DNA of 63,419 nt, counting the filler, from Sluysia triapertura (Eukaryota), in assembly GCA_046118255.1 (NCBI GenBank). It is 5 parts of 5 records of this genome, joined end to end, with 100 filler letters (N's around TTAATTAATTAA, not from the genome) between each part and the next. Parts side by side here need not be neighbours in the genome. Positions count along the whole stretch, not along the records: positions 39,300 to 51,404 come from JBJNIA010139170.1; positions 51,505 to 63,419 come from JBJNIA010156825.1; 3 more parts are not named here. One strand, written 5' to 3'. Every line of letters starts with the position of its first letter. The first letter of the stretch is position 1. The notes under the pieces are model-generated. The model worked only from the letters and a program-made list of their open reading frames with translations, did no database searches and had not been told where the DNA came from. A program made the translations under genes and the position numbers. This document shows, one piece after another, positions 40,913 to 55,405 of this stretch.

Positions 40913-42671
40913 GTGAGTAAATTATGAATGAATACAATAATTCCGCATACATATTTTTGATTTTTATTTTTATCACTCGTTAAATAAATAATTTAATCAG
41001 TATGTATTATTCCCTAAAATTTATGACACATTAATTTAATTTTTATTATTTAATATAAATACACTACTTTTAAATATCAATAAATAAATTAAAATTAAAA
41101 ATTGAAGTTTTGGAATTTTATGGTTGATGGCTTACGTTAGTTTATCAAATGTGGATTTGCTCGTTTTTATTATCACTTGTGTTTTATATCACATTTAATT
41201 CCATATCTAGAAAAATAACAATGATCAGGTTTGTATGTATGTTTAAGCTTTTCATATTATATAACTTTATTAAACAACGATTCGGAAAAAATTTAATTTT
41301 CATTATGTAATTTAATAATGTAATTTGTTCTGAATCGTATGAAACATGTTCATCATTATTTTGTCGCAAACAATGATTAAATACTGAAAATTATTTTTGA
41401 TATTTGAAATAATTAAACACACTTTCTCAATATTCTTGAAATAATTTAACAGAAATTAAAAAAGCAACAAACATGTTAGAAGATGTAATGCTATGTGTAC
41501 CTTATTGAATGTACGTGACTTTGTGCATATTTGAAATTATCTATCAACTAGTAAAAGTATATGCATTATACTAATAATAGTATAATATATACATTAGCAT
41601 GAAGGCATTTATTTTATTTGTTCATCCTCAAGTGCCTCTTATAGTATATGGGCTATCGAGAAATAATTATACTAGAAATTATAATAGATTTAATGCATCA
41701 CGTTAATATAATTTTCAACGAAATTAATTCGAAAAATTTAATGATTATTTATTGGTAACCTACATGCTATTAAGGATTAATGTAACCTGTATGATTTATT
41801 TGCGACATATGGCATTAGTAGATTTTATTCGGACTGGTACCAGGCGTTCTTGAAACCGAATGGGATGAATTTTGCACGCTTATCGAAATGTGACAGTTCA
41901 GATTCACCATTAAATGTGAAGTTGTGGGGAAAATATTAAAAGATATAGAAAGCCTGCCCAAAACCGATTTAATATGCTTTCTTTGATTTGAAATGTATTG
42001 CGAACAAACACATCATAATAATAAAGATCTATTTAGGATGTTGGCTCCTGTGCAACGAGTAATGTTAATGATTCTGAAAACATAACTTTGCGGCAGATGC
42101 CCAAACTAATACAAATGCAATATAAAGTAAAATGGATATGTCACTTAGAGACTAAACAAAACATCTGCATTTAAATTTTAACATACTGATCCAAAAATGA
42201 CCAATACCGAAGCAGAGGCTCTAAGAATAAATATATAGTTTTAATCTACCAATATATTGACTATACAAGGGTCCATGGAAGCAGTTTTATGAATGAATAT
42301 ATAATAGACTCATAAAATTTAAACTTATATTTAAATAGTAAAAATATCTCCAATTACGCGCAGTCTCTTCTATTACACAGTATCATTTGTTTTTCCAATA
42401 AATATGAGATCACAACCAATCTGCAAGATATAAAGACTAATCATCAACCAATGAGACTGCCACAAGATTACCCATCGAAATGTACGAATCTACAATAAGT
42501 AATTTTGATATTTAAGGGAATAATAAAAAGTTGCAACAAATAATTTAATTTTAAAATAAAACAGTAATAATACTAGATATTTTTATTACACTAGTATTGT
42601 AAAATTTTTGTATTATTATAATTTTGTAACAATAATAATAATAATAGTAGTAGTAGTAATAGAGTTGTAAC

Positions 42672-42705
<34 letters not shown>

Positions 42706-43995
42706 AATATAGATATTTTTACTACCTCGAGAATAATGTAAATAAAGATCTGCATGAAATCAATCGATTATCAGTATGTATCCAATTACATTATTTTAAT
42801 AAAATAAAACATTTGCTTTATTTGACTTTTTTCATTTAATAAACTCAATTGAAACTTAATAATATGCTTTTATGTAAATGACCATCAAGTAATATAATAC
42901 ATCGAGCTGGATATGACGAAAAAATTCAACGATTTTACTCTTTAAGAAATATCTTCTAAAAAATCAATTTCTATATGCACATAAGATTTGTTTGAGACTT
43001 GGTTGTGTATAAGTCAAAATTTAATATGTATTTCGATTGTTGACTTACATCTAATCCGACACGGTTCAAGAAATTCATATTGGATCTATCCAAAAATTAC
43101 ATTTAGCACTAAATTGGCTCATTGATGATCCTGCAGATAATTGCTCCATTATAGGAACTTGGTGAAGTAGAATTTGCAGATAAATACTGACCCATAAATA
43201 CTTAGAATAGAATCCACAAATCTGACATTCACTAATAGAAATTAAAGTAAAGTTGTAACTATCTGTCACACTTAAAATGTCAAGGAATGCACATTCAAAA
43301 TGATATCATTTTCATTATATTCCAATGTACGCTTAGATTTAAACTTACAAATCATTACTATTACTTTCAAATTAAACTTTTACGTAAAAACGCCTATAAA
43401 TTGTCGCTATTATGAATATAAAAAAGAAGTGCAGCGTGTGCTTGTTTTGCCCAATAAATTAAATATTTCCAACTAGTAGACACCATCAAATACTGTAAGA
43501 TTATCTGGTGAACATTGTTACGATGCACAAATGGACACTCAGATTTCTTCAGAAAGCACAATAACATGTGATCTAATAATTCAAAATCCGACTCTGACAA
43601 GCTATATCTAGTCAGCGTCAACATCTTTGAAAAAGCCAAAATCTTCGAACTTATTAGAAAAACTCTACATGTGCAGTTTTATTCTATGAAATATGTTTCT
43701 CGGAGGTACAGTAACAGTCCTTAAACTATTTATTTAGATGATATTTTTTATTATTCAACAGTAATAATGTTTTGGTTGATTGTTTTTATTTCGATGAATT
43801 TCTTCTATTGTTTTTGAAACGAAGAATAAATAAATTCGGACAATTTCGAAATTGTTTACTAAAGGCTGTCATTTTTTGCGACATTATTAATATTAATAAT
43901 AATATTATTATATTTTATTATATTCACGCTTTAAAACAAATAAATAAATGACTGCTTTCTTTTATGAAATACTTTCTGCGAATAACATTTTGTAC

Positions 43996-43996
<1 letters not shown>

Positions 43997-44047
<51 letters not shown>

Positions 44048-44063
44048 TGTTGATGATGATGAT
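43997..44063. repeat. (AAT)n/(GAT)n microsatellite
   Basis: Directly visible. Confidence 0.9.
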
Positions 44064-45881
44064 GCTTCTTATCATTAATATTTAGCTGTGTCCACATTTG
44101 TAAAACAATTATCGACAGAAACCTCCCGATATTTAGATATGGCATTATATAAATAAAGTTATTTGCATCTGTACTCATATTTTATCCCAGTTGAGTTATA
44201 ACTGGACCTTACTTCTAATTGTGTCAAGTTGCTCAAGTTTTTCCCAAGAAAGTATACACTTTTTGCAATTTTCAATAAAACTTACTTTTTTAATTCTCAT
44301 TTGTTCCGCTTGCTGCTGCTACATCTCTTTATAAGTATAATGGATCTTGAAATTTCCAAAAGCGTGACAAACTAGTTACTAAAATAGATTAAATTATGAA
44401 ACGCAAAGTTAATGTTTTCAAAAAAAGGTTTTATCTACATTCATAAGTTCATATTAAATGTTTAAATAATAATTAGAACTGTTCAAATATTCCAAATCTT
44501 CTCTTCGTAAATCTCTTTTATTATAATATTTTCAGATGAAAGAAAATCAAAAGTTATCGTGATCATTTTCTCAATTATAAATAATTTACAAAATTTTTTC
44601 CTAGTACTTCCTGAATTATTGCGATCTCTGCTAAATTGTTTGACATAAAATGATAATTATATCTCATTCATAGAAAAATCATTCTTACAATTTAGCACTT
44701 AACATCATAAAGTTAAAATTATTTATCTTATAAAGTCATTCCAAATTTAGGTTCATGACTTTTACTACATGAAACACAAATAAACATACCTAGAATAAAC
44801 AATAAAATAAAATACACAAATTAAGCAATATGATTCTAGATATGCTTTCGGAGCAAGTTGATAAGTTTACATGTAATAATTAGAAAAATAAGGCCATAAA
44901 AATATTATCTTTGCTGTACGGAGAACGGTGAAATTTGTGAACCACTTAAAAACTTCATTTGTTTATGTGGTAGGTTAATATAAAATGTCGGTCAAACTTG
45001 ACTTGCTATAGTAAAAATTAAACGCTTATTTTTAATATCTTTAGCATAATTCAAGGATATTTTATTACATAGGAATCACTAGTAGGAAGCCATTATTACT
45101 ATTATTATTATTATTATATGGCCAATTAAATTTTTATTTTTATTTTATAATAATTTCCTAATGTTAATTTCGCCTTTGAGTTAATTCTATTTTATGGCCA
45201 ATTTCGTCTACACATTAATTAAATTTCTTCTATAATATTGGCCATATTATAATTCATATTCATTTATTTGTTGGATTTGGACTTCACAAATATTTATTCA
45301 ATTATTAAATATAATATAAGAATTTTATTTAATAAAATTCTATTTTCTCTTTAAAGTTTTGCTTTCATACATCTGTTGCAGGTGTTAGATTTATCTTGTA
45401 ATGTTTCTCATATTGCTGTGTACGTTTGATTTTTAAAGAACAAGTTTTACTTATTGATAATTCCTTTTCAAAATTTGAAATGTAGTAACGTCAACACTAA
45501 TATGTGATAAATAAAAGCTACATAATTTCATATTCAAAATGATTTTGTTTATAGAGGTTATATTTTCAAAACACAATATTTTGGGGATTAAAAAGAACAA
45601 TACCAATTTAATTAGTGGAAAAATCATTCATATTGTAGCACGAAAGTACAAAATAATGTATGCACGTATGGAATGTATTAACCAATATAATTATTTCTGT
45701 ATTAACTCTTTTGTGTGTGCATGTAGAGTGACACTTAAATATTCAAATTCGAAGTCACTATTTATTTTTGCACAGCGTAAGATTAATCTGTATGGATACA
45801 ACACACAATCACAAAAAATAATGTTACATGTATGTAATTTTTATTGTATACATTTGTGCACCGAATTAATTATTAATTAAT

Positions 45882-45884
<3 letters not shown>

Positions 45885-45943
<59 letters not shown>
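45885..45943. repeat. (AAT)n microsatellite
   Basis: Directly visible. Confidence 0.9.
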
Positions 45944-45944
<1 letters not shown>

Positions 45945-46949
45945 TTAATATAAAATTTCCTGTACAATTTAGGTTATCCAAAATTAATGTACTCATTTTG
46001 ATAAAACAATAGGATCAATATCTTTTCAAAATATAATCGTGTTCTAAGTGGTCATGTTCAATGTGGTTGCTTAATATAAAAGTCTTCATATTCATTTTTA
46101 TATTGAAGGTTCTGTTATTAAAATATTAATTATTAATAAAAACAAGTAATATGGCAATTTCTTAAATAATTAACTCAAATTCATCAAGATCATCAAATAA
46201 TTTCTTTGTTTTAACGTCTAAGGATTAACATTATCTTGAAATAATCATAACTCTTTTAAATGAAAGATTGACCAATCTTGTTTTTACTCAACTATTCATT
46301 TTCATTTTCTTCGTTATGGTAATAAATTAGTTTTATCTTTCTGATTTTCATTTAAATCAAATAGTGTTCTTTGCAACACTTATTAGTCATTACTAGCATT
46401 GAATCGAGAAATTTGATTTGAAGCTCATTGTTTACAGCATTTCCTCTTTAAAACTTCTACATTTGGGTTAGTTGGATGACCATCATTAAACCTTCTACAT
46501 CCATTTTGCGTTGCAAAGTTAATGTTTTCTACGTGCACCTGCCATTCTGACGCATTTTCTCAATTTTTTTCGATTTTTCCATGTTTTTAAATTTTAAAAA
46601 CTTCAATGGAAAACATTAAAACAAAACTATACAACACCATTTATTTTAACAGTTATTATTTATTTTTATATTTTAAAACTTGTATTATAAAAAGGTACAT
46701 TACTTAAAGGATAACTTAATATGATCGATTATTTAACACATTCATTTTACTTTCGCATCCTAAACATAAATAAATTGTTAAATTGAAATAAATTGTTAAA
46801 AATTTCACCATTGTAAAATAAAATAAACAAGCTTAATTCCAGTTTCCACTTCGGGTGGATACTTTTCGTAGATAATGGTAAAAAACATTAAAAATTAATT
46901 TATTCTATTCGAAGTTCCTTAGATACTTCCTACATAATATTATACTTAC

Positions 46950-47400
46950 ATTTGACCAATCGGACAATTACTCACTGTAAAGTATTTGCTTTCATCGATT
47001 GAGCAAATTAAATTTCACAGTGCGTCAATGCTTTTAAACATTTGTTAAAATCTTTAATTTCTTTATAAATTTTATGTGCATGTATAGCCCGTAAATCTAA
47101 ATTATTATGAATAACTTGATTCAATGTGTTATTTTCAAACAACTAGTTTTGACTCCAACTCGAAAAACCGTTTCGCGTAAATATTTCAAAAGAAAGTAAT
47201 CGCATGGTCCTAAGATTAGAGTGTGCGTAGGATATTCACAAATATTGCTTCTCCAATCCACCGATATAACAATTTATGATCAAGTATTTCCTTCGTGGTA
47301 TTCTTGAAAGTGCTACATATCGAACACCATTTAAAATTTCTCTTTTCACATGATAAGTCACAATTTTCGGTCTTGAAATAGCTTTTGAATAATAACCTCA
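46950..47400 (-). mobile_element. Tc1/mariner-type transposase relic
   Basis: RWIGEA... followed, across a frameshift, by LGPCDYFLLKYLRETVF; resembles WIGR...SPDLTPCDFFLWGYLKE.VY. Confidence 0.5.
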
Positions 47401-47623
47401 ATATTGTTTGTTGTAATTTGATCTTTTCGATTTAACCTTTTTCATGTAATAAAACATTAAAGCTTATATATATCTAAATTTGACCCAAGTGAAATTTATG
47501 TTAAAACTTTATACAGCATGGCTTTTAAATAAAAGTTTATATAATTTTAAACTGATTTATTACTGACAATTGTCAGTAGGGCATTTTTAATTAGATATTG
47601 TTAATTACTTTTGTTTGGTTTAG

Positions 47624-47842
47624 TTAATGTTATATACTGCACAAAAAGCAAATTCTAATGGTAATTCATCATTAAATGGTGTTGTTAACGTCTGTAATAG
47701 TAATCCATGCTTACGTGATCGCGATACTTCGTTGGACCGTGCGAAGAATACTACTGCAAGCAATTTGACTAGTCGTGGTGAATCTGCTCGTTTATATAAC
47801 AATTCTGCTGCAACCAATAGCAAAATGTGCTTAATTATGTAA
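47624..47842 (+). CDS. Probable terminal exon of a prenylated protein (ends CLIM*)
   Basis: T-rich tract + TAG acceptor ending 47623; 72-codon N/S-rich open frame ending in a CaaX motif directly before the stop; higher GC than its flanks. Confidence 0.6.
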   Translation, partial: LMLYTAQKANSNGNSSLNGVVNVCNSNPCLRDRDTSLDRAKNTTASNLTSRGESARLYNNSAATNSKMCLIM

Positions 47843-48849
47843 CGATTTATTTTATATTTTTATTTACGAAATTTTATTTTGTGATTAATAAACTACGGAA
47901 AAACAAGTATGACAATTATCAATTGAAAAAGAAAATACGATATTTATTGAAAATAATATAGCAATTTCGAATTTTTCTAAAATGTAGAATATATGCAATT
48001 CATCGTTGTCCTATTAACGTAAAAAATCAAAAAGTGTTTTATTTATCTGATATGCTTCTGTGTTAATCTAAATTATAATGATACAATATGTACTATCACA
48101 ACAAAGAAAAACTTCAGAAATACTTTTAACAAGTAAAAAGTGAATTTCATAGAATGAATAAAATGAATAATGTTTCAAGAGAATTAAGTGCATGAACTGT
48201 AAAGCTCCAAGTATTTTATTGACACAGAACAAGCAGATGCAAATAAGAAGGAAAACATTGATAAACAAGGTGGTGGTACGATCATATACAAGGTTTTTCA
48301 TATAATTTAATCTTCTTGTCAAATAATTTTAAAACTAATATATGATCAAATTAATAAACTTATTGAATCCTTCTTAACTAAAAAATATGTCGAATACAAG
48401 AACAGCAAATGAAATTAGGCTAGAAGTTATAAGATATAATTTTATTTGCAATATATAAACATTATAATTAATATATTCTAATTAATTTCTACAAAGATTA
48501 AATTAATTAAATTATATAAAATGCTACTTTTTCCCTATAGGACACTAAAGACCGCTAGAAAATAAAACTGCACGAAAATACTAAAGTTGTTAATAATTTA
48601 ATTGGATGATTTTTAAAAAAATGCAACTTTTCAAATGATGAATTAAGATATTTTATTTAATAAAATTGTTATTAAATTATCGAAAATAAAAAGTATTTAA
48701 AAAAGAATTCAAACAAATATATTTAGTAAATTGTTTTGATCTTTTTAATATCTCTTTGATCTTGAATAAATAACAATGAAACTAATTAATTTTTTTGTTA
48801 AAATACGATTTTTTATTGGTACATATATTTTCAAATATTATAATCATTT

Positions 48850-50120
48850 TCAATAACATTATCTGGTTACATTAGCACATTGTATGCGGAACTAGTTGTC
48901 GCGAGCATATCCAACTTGTGGAGAATATATTCGCGAGAACGCACAATTGACTAAAACATGTTAAATGGTTCGAGCTCGAATTTTCAAATTGTTTTAAAAA
49001 GAACATGAAATAACACGTGTTATGTCTTATTCAAAATAATTTAAACTAACTGAGATCATCGTCTCCTGCAAACAACGAGTGGATAATGTGTTAATGTTTT
49101 TTGCAAAATTCTTTCACTTGTTGAAATATTTCATTTCCATTTATACCTGGCAATCCATTGATCATTTTAAGAATTCTGGTGCTAATACGCAGAAATTAAA
49201 TTTTTTATTACAACCAATAGTTCCACAAATCATTCGAATGTCGAGTAATAATTTCGTTCTTTATCTGACCAAGCATGACTCCTTTTAGAACTAGTCTATC
49301 CATATTGAAAAAATTATTTTTTTCTTCATTTCTCTACGAATAATGTGGTTGAGTGTATTAATATTTAACTCTAAATAAATGCGTATCAGGTATTGAATTT
49401 TTCTTATCATTGTTTAATTTATTATTATTTTTTCGATTCTTGATTTTTGAGAATTTATAACTTGCACTTATATTACTCAGAATTTTACATTGATAAAAGA
49501 AGGAAGGCTTTTATAGATAAGTATAAATCAGTGGGATAAATTAATAGGATTGTTACAGTTGTTGATAGTGTTTCTGCTGCCCTTGCTGCCAAATTTGATG
49601 TCGCTTTTGCTGGAATTTGATTGAGATATAGTTACATTCATGCAGGATGAAGAAATGGAGGAATTAATATTTGCATGTAGATAAAATAGAAGATGAGAAA
49701 AGCAATATAAATTGAAAATAAAAAGATTAAATGTATTATTAATAACTGTTTCATGCTGTGTACAATTTGTTTAAATATCTAAATAATAACTGACTGTTAG
49801 ATTACGTTTAGAATGCTTGCTTAGAATTGATGTCATTCACTGCTAAGTCTACATTATATGAAGTTATTTCCTCTGTCATTTCTGGTTTGAGTGTTATTGT
49901 TATTTCTTATTCATTTTGTCGTATTATTTACATGCATTTGCATTGTTTTCAAGTTTTTTACACTTTTATATTTATGTTTGTCGCTGAAAAAAGGCTTTGT
50001 GTTAAGACATTGAAAATATCACGAGTATGTTCGTCCTGGCAATGCATAACATCCTTCCAAGAACGCATGTATTCATGTTTGGCAGCGAATGAGTTAATGC
50101 CATTGTTAATGGAAATCTGT
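48850..50120 (-). mobile_element. Possible decayed Ty3/gypsy pol relic
   Basis: Fragments RNYYSTFE*FVELLVV (cf. RNase H 'RNYST.E.ELLA') and KNINTLS (cf. 'N..ADALSR'); heavily broken. Confidence 0.3.
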
Positions 50121-51404
50121 ACATATTAAATAATTTAAGTATTTAAGATGAATATTTTTAAAGTTCAGATTATATGAAAATATCCAACAATCTTCTTCTT
50201 AGACAGCTTCTAAATGGGTGATGGAAATATCAATAAGAATAATTGACAAATCAAACTGTGTTCTCAAAATAACTGATGTTCAGAATTTATCAAATAACCA
50301 CAAACAATAAATAGTCCTTTATAAACAAACCAAATGACGTAAGAATTAAAACATCTTACAAATTCATTGTTTGTTCCGAAAATACCATATTAAGGAACAA
50401 TCTAAGAACATATATCTAAATGCAAATAATACTTGGGTTGTCTGACAGAATACGTATAACAATAAAATAATTAAATAAAAGATAATACTTTATAAATAAA
50501 ATCTGTTTTTGAACCTAAAAGAGACTTTCTCAAAGTAAATACTAGCAAAATAATATTAGCAAAAATGTATTGATTATAAATATTGAAATTTTATAATTGT
50601 TTCGCATATTCAATTGTTGATCTCCACTGTAAACATTTATTCTAATAAAATATCCTTAATATTTTATAACCAATGTCTAATTGAAGCTTGGTAATTGTGG
50701 AAATGCTTATCTTAAGTGATTAAAGCACAGTTATTTTGAGATCGATTAGGCTAATTTTATCAATTTTGCTCATATAGTGAGAAATGGGTTGATATCGATT
50801 GACATATTATGGAAGTTATATTTAATATTTTCATTTTATTTTTACAGTTGCACTGTACGTAAGATTGAGTGTAAAAAAGGTATTATTTATTATTACTAAT
50901 AATAAAGCATCAGATACTTTAAAATGAGATATGTTCATATATAGATGGTATAATTTGTTACATTTATCCGATTGGATATACTCAAGTTGGAAGGGATTCG
51001 CGACATTCTTTATTTCTCATTCCTTCTTTTGAATACAGGTATAAATATGAAATGTTAGGTTATAAAGTTTTACTTAATTTTTAATTATATATTAATATTA
51101 AAACAAACCAAAAAATAATCCAATTAATTGATTTTTAAATATAAATTTTGTGCACTTATTTTTTTTCAAACACGATACTTCTATTTTATTGATTATTTTT
51201 ATAAATATGAGTATTTTATTATTTGCTTTTTATGTTGTCTCATATTCAAAGAAATTGTTTTATTTTTTAATAAAATGTGTTACTTATAATTATGATTAGG
51301 TTGTATAATAATAATAATATATTAATTTATATTGCGTTCATATCTACCGCAAGAGTACTCAAAAGCGCTTAAGGTAAATCATTCCCCATAATATTCCTGA
51401 AACA

Positions 51405-51504
51405 NNNNNNNNNNNNNNNNNNNNNNNNNNNNNNNNNNNNNNNNNNNNTTAATTAATTAANNNNNNNNNNNNNNNNNNNNNNNNNNNNNNNNNNNNNNNN
51501 NNNN
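51405..51504. other. Artificial contig-joining spacer
   Basis: 44 N + TTAATTAATTAA + 44 N. Confidence 0.95.
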
Positions 51505-51576
51505 AAAATTCGGCGGCACATTTTTAGAATTTCGCGGCACACAAAAGTGCCGCGGCACATTGGTTGAGAATCACTG
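51505..51576. mobile_element. Terminus of a hAT (Charlie/Buster-type) element
   Basis: Ends GGTTGAGAATCACTG (reverse complement CAGTGATTCTCAACC); three subterminal GCGGCAC repeats; flank ATCTAATT fits the NNNTANNN target preference. Confidence 0.7.
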
Positions 51577-52901
51577 ATCTAATTAAATAAATGCAATTAT
51601 ATGAACTATTTTGAAAATTAATAACCTTCAATATAGAATATGCGATTTTAAATTTATAGTAATGTAATAAATTTATATGAATTATAAACAAAAACATATA
51701 AAAACCACACAATACCTACAATTGAACAATAGTGACTTTCGGTACTTCGAATTATCTTGATTTTAATCAAAATTGGATCAAGCTGTTATGGTAATCATAA
51801 TTAATATTTTATCGAGTCAACGTATGATCATAGTTTCTGATAATCTGAATTAACGTCCTATCGAGTGATTTTATAAATTCTAATTAATATTTGATCGACT
51901 TACCCAATGCGACTTGCTTACTAATTTCCTGTACAATATATATAAAATCAAATACACTGTCTGTAACTAGTAATTATATTCGTTAATATATTGTTTAATT
52001 AAAGTATTGTTATTTGTTTATTAGTAAGGGAATGAAAAATAAGATTTCTCTATAACAAATTATTAAAATTAACAACAGAACTAAACTAAATCTCCAAAAG
52101 TAAAATTATAAAGAATTGTTAAATAAGAAGTTATTTAACTTGGAGATATAAGAGAAAAGTATTTATGAAGCCTGAGTTATATAAAGTGGTAACCATTGAA
52201 ATATTTTACATTGCTAAAAATACAAAAGGAAATTTAACACCAAATGAATAAAAAAATTGTAGATTAAAAGTTATTCGATTAATATTTAGATTATTGTAGG
52301 ATTTCAGAGTCAAACAATTAGAAATAATAAATTTTGAGTAATGTAAGTTAAACGAAAATGAACTAAAACTCATAATCAACCAAAAAGAATTCAATAAAGT
52401 TATAAATCTTTCATATTTAATTTATTAATTAATTTGTATCATTTAATATCATATTACAAAAATGCTTATTACGTATATAAGGTTTTAATTAACTTTACTC
52501 AATTCTTACATACATTTTGAAATATATTTTTTGAAATAAAATAAAAGTACAAATAACAATATGTTTATGCTCAAAATATGACCTTAAACTGACATTTCAA
52601 ATTACAAAATAATTCAAGTTTGATTAATGATGAAAATTAATATTAAAGAATCTATCTTTGTAACAAATTACAATAATAAAACTAACTAAGCATTTACAAA
52701 TTATTTCCCAGACTAATGACATTAAACGAAGACCGAAGTTTTCACCGACTGACGTCTTGTAGAATCCTATTAAATAAATATCGGATTATTATTTTAAACG
52801 ATTAAATATTATATATCAATAAAATTATACAATAAGTTATAATTTATAGATTTGTTTGAATATATTGATAACAAAGTATAATTTTAAAATTTCAAATTAA
52901 A

Positions 52902-55405
52902 ATGGAAGAAAAAAAAAGTTGGTTAATAAAAATTAAAAATTTATTATTAATTTAGTAAAATTAAATGAAACAGGAGACAAACCACAAAGACGAGGTATAC
53001 GTGGGGGATTAAAGCGTAGATTTATTATTGAACCAAGTCTAGCTCCAACAAACGTTGATGGAAAATCCGGTGGTTTGGGAAAACCTGTTAGTTTGACAAG
53101 TACATATACTAAATTTAGCATTCTCAGATCTGATAAGTATTATATGTACGATGTTCGAATCAGTGATCGTGGATTGTCATTTCGAGCAAAAATAAAATTA
53201 TTTATGACTATTAAATCAAAATATAATTTAGATGGTGGATTTTGTTTCGATGGTCGTAGATTGTTTACTACCATGCCATGGCATCATCCCGAATCAGAAA
53301 TAGGTGACTTTACCATCGAAGATAAACGAATTGGTGCAAGATTAATTACAAAAATTCAAAATGAGACTGAAGATTACTATCAAATGATTAGTGTGTTAAT
53401 GAGCAATATTCAAGCGATGATGGGTCAGGAAAAAATTGGTAAGAGCGGCTACTTTCTACCACCAAACAGTCGAGCTAATGATGTGCCAAAATGCGGTCCA
53501 TTGTTTTTCGAAAAGGATAATTTCAAAGTAATGGGTGGATATTCGACAGTATTTATTAGAGGCACCAATGATAATGGAACACCTTTAACTTTGCTACTTA
53601 TTGAAAGAACAAGTAAAGTCTTGAATGATAATTCTTTATTCAGAATTTATCGAAAGTCGGAAATATCTTTTTATATTGGTCGTGATATTTTGACTAAGCA
53701 CAATAATAAAGTGTACCGAATAAGTGATGTTAAAGAAATGGATATTAATACTAGCTTTAAAATCAATGAAAAAGAAACAACATATTATAATTATTTTAAA
53801 GAACGCTACAATATTAAATTACAACATTCAAAACAACCTTTTGTAATCACTAGGGTCAAGAAACCTTTCCGAAAACCGAATGAAACAGAAGAAAGTAAAA
53901 AAATCGAAGATCAAGAAATAGAATTAAATATTCCTAGTGAATTATGCTATTTTTGTGGCTTTTCAGAGCAAGAAAAGTCTGACTTTAATTTGCAAAGAGG
54001 TTTAGCTAATGTTTTAAAACGTGACCCAAAACAACGAATTTCGGATATCCCTGACTTTTGTGAATGGATTAAGACCAATGAAAATGTAAAGAAATTGTGT
54101 AATGATTGGGATTTAAATATCAACTCTAAACCAATAAGTATTCCTGGTCGTGAGTTAGATAAATGCCCTATTTCTGATGGAGTGAAAACTATTAACGAAG
54201 ATGAACCTAGTGAATGGAAATTTGCTAAGCTTCAATTTAATTATGGTAAAGATCGAAGTTTAGATATTCACTTATTTATATGTGATAGAAGCACAAATTA
54301 CTATAATGAATTTATGAAAAATTTAGCGGATGAATTCAATAAATACAGAAGTCTTAAAGTCATATTACACAAACCTTATACGTGTGACGGAAATACAATT
54401 AGAGAATGTCTTGAAAAATGCGCAGTTACGCGTTGTTCAGATATGAAAATGGCGATAGTGATATTATCGGATGATATTACATATGCTAGAGTAAAAGCAT
54501 GTACTTTGCAAGTTGGTTTGTTAACTCAATGTATAACGAAAAGAAATGCCACTAACAGAGATGAGAAACGTCGTTTAACCGTTGCCAATAAATCAGTACA
54601 ACAAGTATTTGCCAAACTCGGTTTCGATTTATGGACTAGTTGTATTAAATTACGACCTACCATGATTGTTGGACTAGATACCTATCACAGTAAAAGTAGT
54701 CGCAAATCAGTACAAGCTTCGGTATTCTCAACTAATACAAATTTCACTCAATATCTCAGTTTCGTACATTCTCCTAATGGTAAATCTGAATTTCATGAAA
54801 CATTAGGAAAGAATTTCCAACAAGCTTTAGAATACTTCAGTAAAAAATATGGTATATTACCTCATCGAATAATAGTTTATCGAGATGGGGTTGGTGATAA
54901 TCAAATGATGTTTACAAAAAAATTTGAAGTTGATGCAGTAAAAATTATGTTGGAAAAATTATATGAATCTTTAAAAGCACCAGCTCCACCACAATTGATC
55001 TATATTATAGTTAAAAAACGAATTGCAACGAAACTTTTTCTTCAAGGTAACAACCCTAAACCAGGCACTGTAGTTGACAGACAAATTGTTAAACCGAATT
55101 TCTATGAATTTTTCTTAGTTTCACAGAAAATAACCAGAGGTACTGCTACTCCAACAAATTATAATGTATTAGAAGATACAAGACTTGTTACAAAAGATAA
55201 TATTCACGTTTCTATGTCACCTGATGAGTTACAGAAGATTACATATGCTTTATGTCATTTGTACTTTAATTGGATGGGTACAATTAAGGTGCCAGTTCCT
55301 GTACATTATGCTCATCGTCTTGCCGAATTAGTGGGAAAAGTTAGTAAAGATGTTAGGTCGTGTGTTATAAACGATCGTATTCGCCATCGTCTGTTTTATT
55401 TATAA
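52902..55405 (+). CDS. piwi: PIWI-clade Argonaute, join(52902..52917,52956..55405), ~821 aa
   Basis: PAZ (LTKHNNKVYRI..., YYNYFKERYNI...QPF, IPSELC); MID (YARVK, TQCI, AKLG); PIWI catalytic residues in VGLD, SEF, YRDGVGD, YAH; C-terminal RLFYL. The ORF-track start at 53075 is TTG; a 38-nt GT-AG intron joins ATG 52902 in frame. Confidence 0.95.

Noticed and set aside
41750-42120. Possible En/Spm-like transposase relic; similar faint relics at 17680-17830, 46180-46580, 60060-60260 and 60840-61520
   Set aside because: Only vague motif echoes across several frameshifts; not enough for a call without a profile search.
52933-53121. Minus-strand ORF overlapping the piwi 5' end (also 47620-47823)
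   Set aside because: Antisense shadow of real coding sequence.
53075-55405. Prokaryotic Argonaute or defence-island interpretation
   Set aside because: Eukaryotic PIWI-clade motifs, a spliceosomal intron, and spliced animal genes on the same piece.
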